Positions 53,391 through 64,000 of a stretch of 64,000 bases of DNA are shown here, piece after piece. The notes under the pieces were generated by a model that saw nothing but the letters and a program-made list of their open reading frames with translations, made no database searches and was not told where the DNA came from. Positions within the stretch are counted from its first letter, which is position 1, and the number at the start of each line of letters is the position of its first letter. Origin of the DNA: the human T2T-CHM13v2.0 reference genome, Homo sapiens; the NCBI RefSeq assembly GCF_009914755.1, contig NC_060928.1; one strand, 5' to 3'. A program made the position numbers and the translations under genes.

Positions 53391-54744
53391 TAGGCTAAAT
53401 TAGGAGTTCATCAAAGGATCAAATTGCTTCTTTTCCTCAAAACATGTGCAGACAAATTAAAAACAACAATAGCCACAGCAATAACAGGTAAAATTGGAGC
53501 TGTTCTGGCTGGGGTGTGGGTGGGGGATGGGGACCCTAGTGGCACCTGCTTAGCCCTGAAGCACCTGCCCATTCTCCCAAGTGATTTTTAAACCATGGGA
53601 CCAGCTTAGAGATCTCCACGGGCCCACCCACACAATGGCTAGTTATAGGAGTTCATTATAAAGTATTATTCAAAATTCCTAGGTGATAGATGTCCATGGT
53701 TCAAACTACCTTATTAAGAGCTTTAAGGGCCCAAATCCTGGAAGATGACATTGGAGAGGAGGGCTGTAGAGGGGTGAGGTATAGCTGTCTTAGGATCAGC
53801 CTTGTCTAACTTGCTGAGATGCTGATGGGCAGACTACCCTATAATCTGATGCACTATTTACTGTCTAGTGTTTAAGAGAAGACTGGGAAATTTGTTTTTG
53901 AGTATATTAGGCTTGAAAGGGTACATCACCAAGTTAAGGATACAATTGCTTTTTATGTCAGTTCATAGAAATATGTAAAAATGTTTGAATAGCAAAGCTG
54001 TAAGCTACTTTCCCCAAAAGCTGTTGCTTATTCTGTTTTTATAAAAGAGAACTTGAGGATTTTCAAGTGTGGTCCCTGGAACAGCGGCATCGGCATCTTC
54101 AGACACACTGACTCAGAATCTGCATTTTAATGGGATTCTTAGTCATTTGCATGCACAATAAGCAGGTGCTTCTCAAACTCCGCTGAGACTTTAAATCACA
54201 AGCTTATTATGCACAAGGGCCTGGGAAGTCTTGCTCTCAGTCCCAGCAATACAGTAAACTAGCAACAGAAAGCCATAGCAAGCAGGTATTCTACTTTGGA
54301 GAGATCAGTGCTGAACAAGTTCTTAATTGAACTGGATAGCAACGGCATCTTCGTTCACTTCCCTTCAACCCTGGATTTCAGGGTCCTGTCCAGTGTGCAC
54401 AGTGCAAGGACACGGTCTTTCAGTCCCCCATTTCTTCCTCCCTGCTTGCCCCTTCCCCCTGCACCTCTGGTTCACATTACCATTAATTATCGCCTATGGC
54501 ACTGCTTCCTCTAATAACATAAAGATGCCGTCTTCCCCACTGGACCATAAGCACTTTATAATTCCTTTCATTTTCTAAGAGCAATAGCAATGTCATGGCA
54601 ACATCTAATCCCTGACTGTGAGATAGGGGTGGTGTTGGTGAGGTAATCAGGACAGGTGTTCTTGAGAAAGAAAACAATTCACTAGATGAAGGGAGAAACT
54701 AAGGAGCAGTGTTCTCGTCAGTGTTTCTCCCACTCTCATTTCCA

Positions 54745-54880
54745 TGCAAGCCATCCAGGCATCTGCAGACTCTAATCCAGGAGGTTGGGATGGGGCCAGA
54801 AATTCTATAGTTCTTCCAAGATAGCAGGTAATGCTGATGCTATCAGACCAAGGACCACACTTTGAGTAGCAAATTCTAGG
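54745..54880. mobile_element. MER5-type hAT fragment (similar fragment at ~54060-54180)
   Basis: ggggccagaaattctatag...ggtaatgctgatgctatcagaccaaggaccacactttgagtagc. Confidence 0.7.
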
Positions 54881-55832
54881 CAACATGAGGACAAGAATCT
54901 TGCTAGTATACTCACTGTTACATCAAGATGGTCTGTGCCTGCTCCAGAAAAGATGTCAATCAATTAGTAAGTGCTTATTGAATCAACACTATCTGAGATA
55001 CCATGTTGAGTGTTTGAATTCTCATAATTTGCAAGATATAAAATATGCTAGTTTTAGCTATAAAATTAGAGCTAATACTACATGCATTGGGGCACAGGGA
55101 GGCTAAGTTACTTGCGCAGTCAGACAGTTAATGTGGCAAGTTATTTAGCAAATATTCCCCAAGGTCCCCTACATTTCCTGATTTCTCTTGCAGATAGTTG
55201 AAACTGTTGAACTAATTCCAGCTAATGGAATGTTGGGGGCATGGCATGTGTCACCTCCTGGCTAAGGCATTAAAGAGCCAGTGTTCCTTTCTCCTGCCCT
55301 ATCTTCCTTGTTCTGCGTTCTGCCATCTGAAGCATGTGGCCCCCAAGGTGAGGTTGGCAGGAGTGCTGTCCAGCCTGTAGTGGACTTCACATGGGGATGC
55401 ATAAACCTTTGCTGTATTTAACGTACTTCAAATTTTAGTTTTGTTATATTCTTCTGACTAATATGGGCTCAGTGTTGACATCAGGCAGCCCTTTGTACAA
55501 TGAATGGCCAATGCTCTGAGGAATATTTGAAGACTTGTAAGGTTTAGCAATAGCAGCAGCAGACACCATTCTTTGCAACTTGGTCAATGTGCATTCTATA
55601 ACAAGCACCATTTGCTTTCTAGCTGTCTTTTTTACATAAGGACATGTTTCTAAGCACAGTTAGGGTGGGGAAAACCATGCTTTTAGAGATTTCGTGAGCT
55701 GCATTCATTAACTGAATAAAACATTATTTTGGAACAGTATTAATGCATACCTACCCAAATATTTCACTTTACAACCTATGTAATATACAACTCAAATAAC
55801 AGATGGAGGATGTAGGTTATGCACACAATGGC

Positions 55833-56178
55833 TGCTGTGGTCTGAATGTTTGTGTCCTCTCAAAATGTATATGTTGAAACCTAATCTCCAATGTGATGAT
55901 ATTAACAGGGGATGCCTCTGGGCAGTGATTAAGTCAAGAGGGTAAAGCCCTCATGCATGGGATTAGTGCCCTTATAAAGAGACTTTAGAGAGCTCATTCA
56001 TTCCTTCTACCATGTGAGAATTCAGTGAGAAGGTGCCTTCTATGAGCCAGAAAGTGGGCCCTCACTAGACACTGAATCTGCCTACGCCTTGATTTTAGAC
56101 TTTCCAGTCTTAAATTTCTGTTATGAGCTACCCAGTCTATGGTATTTTGTTATTGCAGCTGGAGCAGGAGGCTAAGGT
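55833..56178 (+). mobile_element. MLT1A-type LTR
   Basis: tgctgtggtctgaatgtttgtgtcc...gggattagtgcccttataaagaga...ctatggtattttgttattgcagc. Confidence 0.88.
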
Positions 56179-57194
56179 AATGGCATATAGATCTGTGTGT
56201 CCCACACAATAATAAAAGGTGCATCATCTGACTTGCATTTATATGCCAAAAGAACACGACTGTTATTTCTGTGTTTCTAGTGATAGTGAACTGAATACAG
56301 TAGAAAAATTAAAAATAGAAAACCTGAAAAAAAATCAATATAGCAATCAAATCAGAATTTGAGACTTTCCAAACCCTCCTTCCTGACCCCATTCATGTTT
56401 CTCCTTCTCTGTTAAAGACACCCACCCAAGATGTTTCCATTGGTAAGATGGCTTACCACTTCAAGTAGCAGTTAATTTCTATTCTCTGAAACAATTTACA
56501 TCAAATACAGAAATACAGAAAGTGACCCAACTCACTCAATGGGAGTAGTAACATCTTGATAATGAAACACTGTAAGGACGTACTGAAAGGGGAAATTACA
56601 GAGCAATATCACTTACATAAACATTTCTATTAGATCTGCAAACTTAGCAGTACCATTTATACACACAGATCATGACAAGGTAGGGTTGATTCCAGGAGTA
56701 TAAGGAGAAACATGAGAAAAATCTATTCAAGTATTTTTAAGAGACAAAACTCTTTTAAAAGAAACAAAAGTCACATAAACTTCATGTTAAAATTTTATGA
56801 AAAAAATCAAGCAATTTGGGAATAAAGGAAATTGCCTTAAGCTGAGCATCTTCCAAAAACCTATGACAAAAATTATGCTTAAATGAAATGGCAAAACTCT
56901 AAGAACCCTTTTGTCTCTTGCAGTATTGACTTATTTTAATCCCTAATCTTTTGTCTACCTAGAAAATACAGGGATACCCCCATCTTTATTTTTAATTTCA
57001 TATTACATTGGTTAGGGCTTTTCTTAAAGTGTCCAAGAGAAGAGGTGATAGAAACATTCCTACTAGAGCTGTTTCCATTTCTCACGCATAGAAAGCCAAT
57101 TGATTTTTTTTTAAATAATGAATTTATACTTTGAATGTTGTTGACCTCTCTCATTTGCAAATTATTTAACTCTCTTCCTTCTTCATGGCTTTAA

Positions 57195-57519
<325 letters not shown>

Positions 57520-57742
57520 TGGTTTTAGTTTTTATTGCAAATGAGATCTTTTCCCCAAAATATAGGAAATAAATTGTAAAATGTTATTGGCCTGGCACAA
57601 CTTTATTTCTATTACATTTACCAGACTAAATGGTAATAGCATGTTCCTATTGATGACGATTTTCCTCACATGCAACTAAAATGTCAATGTTATTCCAATA
57701 AAAATCTCAGCAGGGTTTGACAAGCATTTTAAAATGCATACG

Positions 57743-58050
57743 GGCTGGGTGCGGTGGCTCACGACTGTAATGCCAGTGCTTTGGGAAGCCGAGACAGGCA
57801 GATCACTTGAGGTCAAGAGCTCGAGACCAGCCCAGCCAATTTGGTAAAACCCCGTCTCCACTAAAAACACAAAAATTAGCTAGGTGTGGTGGCACGTGCC
57901 TGCTATCCTAGCTACTCGGGAGGCTGAGGCAGGAGAATTGCTTGAACCCGAGGTGCAGAGGTTGCAGTGAGCTGACTGCACCACTGTATTCCAACCTGGG
58001 AGACAGAATGAAACTGTCTCAAAAATAATAATAATAAATAAAAAATAAAA
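57743..58050 (+). mobile_element. AluS in an old L1 fragment
   Basis: Dimer; TSD aaaatgcata(c/t)g. Confidence 0.93.
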
Positions 58051-58540
58051 TGCATATGGAAGAGCAAAGAATCAAGAATAGCCAAGGCCATTACTGCCAT
58101 TTCTGCATCTTTATAATATCCACTATGGGAAGCCTTTCCATATTTTATATACCTGTAAACTGTAATATTAGAAATCATTTTGAAGAAGAGTCACAACAAA
58201 CAGCATAATGCCACAGCACAGAGACCCAGGCATAGATCCACACAAATATGAAACCTGGATATACGGATGTAATGTGACAAATAGGAGGAAAAGCCTGGAC
58301 TAACAGTGGGTTTTAGGACAAGTGAGTGAATAATCCACATGGAATTAACTTTTGTGAGAGTGTGGACTTAATATGACTTTGAAATTTTTTCATATAGAAA
58401 AAAAAAATCTGGACCTAGATCCTTTTGAAAAAGATTTTTTACAAAACCTGTAACTGACCACTTGTATAACAATATGGATTCCACTGTTGTATGAAAGTTT
58501 ATTTTTAATACCAATTTAACATGAAAGACTATTTTCTTAA

Positions 58541-58921
<381 letters not shown>

Positions 58922-59877
58922 TTTCTATGAATTTTTAAGAGTACCCACATTTTCTTCTAAAAGTTTAAAATGAACAGTTCAATAGTAGACAAAGAATATA
59001 GAGTATACACAGAAAATTCAAATACCCAATAAACAGGCTATTCACAGGAAATTTAAATGTCCAATCAATATTTGCAAAGAGGTACTAGCTCATTAATTAG
59101 GAAAATGAAAACAAGACATTGTTTCAAGTTTAGTATTGCCAAATATTATCTTGAAATTCCCGTTTCTGCAGATCTTCAACTCCTATCAGGATGTTACCAT
59201 TTCACAACTATCAGATTGGAAGTTGCTTTCCACATAGATAATTGACATTTATACTTCTCCAGTATGCACCATATGACCCAGTGTGTTTGACATCATTGGT
59301 GTTTATCAATACACTGGTTCTCTTGTTTTTCCTATGTGCAAAGATGGTGGTGCTGAATAGCCCTGTTAGGTTCTGTGAGCAGTTCTGGGCAGCTGGTTGT
59401 GAGTGGCATGCTGTGTGTTGTTTCTCACCGGTGCAATATCCTCTCCTCGTACTCCTCTCCTGTCTCAGTGATGGAGACACCCGAGTGATCCCGAGGGGCA
59501 GCTACAAGATGGGGCCCTCCATCAGCCTAGGTCCCTAACAGACTGTGGGGAGCTGAGCCCCTTATTGACCCATGGCGGACATGTAGCATGAATGAGAAAT
59601 AAACATTTCTTTGGTTGAACAACTAGAATTGCCAAATAAATGAGTGCCAACCTCAAAAAGTCCCATGTGAACAGTTTCTCTAGGGTACAGACTTAGAAAT
59701 AGAACTGCCAGGCATTAATACAGAACCTGGCACAGAATTGGCATTGCCTAAATGTGGGAGAGTGAAGTCTAGCCTAGCTTACCCTAGTTTCAGATATATA
59801 GAAAATAAAATCCAATGCTTCCCATCAAGGAGCTCAGAGAAGGATATAAATATTCACAATACAGCACAACTCCCCTT

Positions 59878-60263
59878 CTGCGCTGTTCAGTAGAGCAGCC
59901 ACTAGGCATGTGAATGCTTGGAATGTGGCCAGGGTGGCTGAGGAACTACAATTTTAAAATTGAAGCAGTGTAAAATATCTTTCCATTAAAAACTTCAGGG
60001 TTTTGGTAGGGTTACTTTTGATTACAATAACTGAAAATTTAGCATTAAACTTGAAACATGCTGTATATATAAAATACATACCAGATTTCTGAAACTTGTT
60101 TTTTTTTGAAAAAGTGTGTAATGTCGCAGTAAATATTTTGCTGATTGAAGATAATATTCTAGACGTATTGGGACAAATTAAATATTTAATTTCATCTGAT
60201 CTTTTTACTCTCTTAAAATGTGGCTAAAAATTGGCTTACACTACGTTTCTATTGGACAGCACT
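59878..60263. mobile_element. Charlie1/MER33-like hAT DNA transposon
   Basis: Termini gcgctgttcagtagagcagccactagg ... tttctattggacagcact. Confidence 0.7.
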
Positions 60264-60478
60264 ACCCTAGACTAAGTCTAGATCCTTAGCATGGCATCTC
60301 ATCCCAGCAGTCTGATGGATGTGCAAACCTTAAAAAGCAACTCATACTGAGTGTAGCTGTGGCAACAAAAGACTCTACATATTACAAAGCAAAGGGCTTT
60401 GCAGATACCAGGGGCTATCAAGGTGCTCCTGCCAAAACACTATCCTACACATTACTTCATTTATCCTGTCACTTATTA

Positions 60479-60835
<357 letters not shown>

Positions 60836-61864
60836 TCAACACAGTTCTGCCCCTACTCCCTCATTTTGTTAGAAATGTATTCATTTCATGACATGTACCT
60901 ACAAGTTAAGCTATTTTCTAAATGATGTGATAAATGAAGGCTCATAACATTTGAAATGAAAGGGCACCATGTAAACCTGGCCAATCAGGTGTTATTAATT
61001 TTCCTGAGCTTCAGTTTTAATATGTTTTCTATTACACAGTATACATTAGTGACAGACACTTCCTAGCTTTACATGCTTGAAGTCAGTTTCCACCCATGTT
61101 TCCTATTTGACTCATCACACTACAGCTACCAGGTCCCTGGTACTCCATGCATAATACAGAGCCCCTTCAGTTTCCTCCTGCCTTATTTGACCTCCACTCT
61201 CCCCTAAATAACTACTGCCAAAGGTGACAATTAACGATCCTATAGGATTCAAAGATGACTCATTTTTTAACTCAAAATAAACTGAACAAATTGGTGAACT
61301 TAAGCAACTCACCTCCCTTTTCCTCAGATCTGCCAGTATTTGTCACAAGTCCAATTCTCTTCCTTTCCCTTATGACTCCTTGGGCCCTGGGAGTGAGATG
61401 AGGAAATTAAGTGCCTCTTTAAATATCCTCATACTCTTGCAACCCAAATATATGTGGACTCGGGTGCAAGAGATCATTTGGAGAGATGACATCAATAGTG
61501 CAAGTACACGTGGTCCAGGGGCTCATCACTGACTGGGAACTCTTCTACCCAAGACATGGAAGGCAGGTTAAAGGCCCACATACATTCTCTGCTGAGGCCC
61601 CTAACCATGGCAGGAAAATTGCCACTGCTGTCCAAACCAGCACCTCTTGTGAATCTGCAAGCAAAACAAAACAAAAACATAACCTGGCCTCATATTAGGG
61701 TCTGCAAGGTTAACCATCCCATCATTGCATCTAATTCAAAACATACCCTGGTAGAATTCAAAACACCTGTTACGTAGAATGACGCCTTGCCTTTGACTCA
61801 GAAATGTATAATACAAATAGGCTATGTAATAAAGTCACCTGCATAACGTTTGAAATCAAAGGGC

Positions 61865-64000
61865 AAAGAAAATTTTTGTTGCTTTATTTAACAAAATTTA
61901 TGCCAACTCCTGTATCTATATACAAACATGTTTCAAAACCAGAGCAGCAGACACACAAACTGTTAACACAGGAATTACAATAATGCTTAAAACATGTTAC
62001 ACAATGTTTTGTTTCTGCTCATATAGACATTTACAGATTTAAAAATTATTCCAAAGGCCGAGCAACATCACATCTTCAACTTCTGAGATGGATTATATAT
62101 AACATGTCCTAAAGAAAAAGGGATGGAGCTTGTGAGAAAATATATTTTGTTCAGTCTAGTTCAACAGACAGCAGGTGGCCCTTAATGAAGGCTTACAAGA
62201 TGTTCTCGACTGGGGATACAAAATTGAATATAATATAGTCTATCAGAGTATACTTTGGGTCAGGTTTTTTTTTTTAACTTTTACTGTATTTGCCTATATC
62301 CTAAATATAACAATCTCTCACTTCTGGTCCACCAAAGTAAGAAAACCTACTTTAAAAAATAAGTTGAAAATGATTTTATTGGCAGTATTAACAAAATGTA
62401 GTGATTGGAGGTCCTTCAAAATTAAGAACCCACACAAATACTCAACACAGGTCTGCCCCTACTCCCTTGTATTGTTAGAAATGTGTTTATTTCATAACAT
62501 GTACCTACAGGTTAAGCTATCTTCTAAAGCTCTTTAGGGAGGACAGCTACTTTTTGCTTTCCCATTTTTGACTTCCAGAAACACTTTTAATTCCTTAAAA
62601 AGTATTCTAGTTCTGAAAATCCTAAAAAGCTTTGCTACATATTCTACTCACACAATTAAGCTCCATCAAAGTATGCAAGTTGTGTTTTTACTTATGCTTG
62701 AAAGTTGATGCTGCGAAGTGAAAATACTTCATGTTGACAGTTAACACTCTGACCTGATTCAAGGCCAATTCTCAGTCCAGCTTTTCAGGAAAAAGCACTA
62801 TGTGGTGAGGAATAGGAGATAAAAAAGTGGCAAACAAAACAAAACAAAAAAAAACCACAGCCTTTTCTTCACTCCTCTCCTCTCTATATCTTGGGAGCTA
62901 TTTTTCATGCCACAGGAGTACAATATATAACATGGATAAAACTTCGAATGCTCTACGTAGTGAAGTGGTACCAAAGATCTACTTCCTAAAAAGCACCAAA
63001 TAAAAATGCAGTAATAAAATGATCCAAAGGGGTTTCTACTCACTTGTTCACATAAACCAGACCCCATCATTCCTGTGCTTTCATTTTCCAAAAGTGAGAT
63101 TAGACCCTTATAAAAATGTACTTCCAAAATAAATTTCTAGAATATAAAAACGTTCTACATTTTTCCAGCCCATGTATCATTATAAAATAGGAAATCAGAA
63201 AATTAGCTACTGCAATTTTCATATGGTAAAAAATATTTTTATGTGTACACATACACATATATAAAAATGCAAGTTTTAAATTTCAATAAAAATTTACCAA
63301 TTAACTTGATCATGTATTGAATTATACAAAAGAAATGTTGATTATCTGTAATGAGAACAAACTGCAAAGGATTGCAATTCCATCTACTGGAATCTAAGAC
63401 TTTCCCATGTGAAAAAAAAAAAAAAAAAATCAAAGTCTCCAATCGACTACCCAATAAACAATCACTGGTGTCTTTTTCAGGTGCAACAACTCTTTAGTTT
63501 CATTCACTGCACCCCACAAATCGCCTAAGACAGGAATAGCCCCTGGAGGGAGGGAAATGCAAGTTGGGGCTGCCTCGGGGTTGTGCCATCTGTGCTCTAC
63601 CTGGAAGGTCAGCGCCCAGCTGCACAGGCAAGTGAAGACTAGAATCCTGTCTTAAGCACTGACCCAGCCACCTATCTGCCCAAGAGGCTGTGCTTGTGCA
63701 GGGGGTGGGCCTTTTTCTAAAGAACACAAATGGGTAGATAAATGACAGTCCTGACATCTGTTGGTAGAGAGGGGAGTGGAAGGAGTGTTCCTGGAGTTGC
63801 TTCCCTGAGAAAGCTGAGCAGCAGGGTAAGCATGAATGTGGTTAAGACAAATTAGAAACAGCGTTACTATCAATGAAAACTAGGGATCGTGTTCCTGTAA
63901 CTTTAGCAAAAACAGTGGGAGGTCTCCATTTTGTTGATTCCTGCCATTTTCTAGTAATCGCATGAGGGAAAACCTTAAGGGGTCTCAAAGGCACAGAAAG
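61865..64000 (-). other. Probable terminal 3' UTR of an unidentified gene lying to the right; poly(A) signal at 61883-61888, alternative at 62375-62380
   Basis: About 2.1 kb free of recognisable repeats in a repeat-dense window; U-rich on minus strand; AATAAA followed by U-rich downstream sequence. Confidence 0.6.

Overview
Simian primate (probably human) genomic DNA, dominated by transposed elements: about 20 Alus, two long L1s, a full THE1, MER41, MER21, MLT/MST LTRs, ERVL pol remnants, Tigger and hAT DNA transposons. No intact protein-coding gene is supported, and most ORFs in the track come from Alu, L1 or microsatellite sequence. Non-repeat content: (1) a DYNLT1 (Tctex-1) processed retrocopy at ~32.8-33.95 kb whose frame is broken only by an Alu; (2) a probable 3' UTR end of an unidentified minus-strand gene at ~61.87-64 kb; (3) what appears to be a decayed multi-exon gene on the minus strand at ~0.6-11.5 kb, with a ~4.6 kb Ser/Thr/Pro-rich, sequon-rich giant exon split by the THE1 and one frame-compatible GT-AG join (candidate unitary pseudogene, identity unknown). 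The window also holds four short local duplications that look like templated insertions; the youngest (183 bp, 1 mismatch) sits inside a MER41 LTR with an 11-bp target duplication and microhomologies. Repeat family names are from recognition by eye, not database searches, and old-repeat boundaries are approximate.
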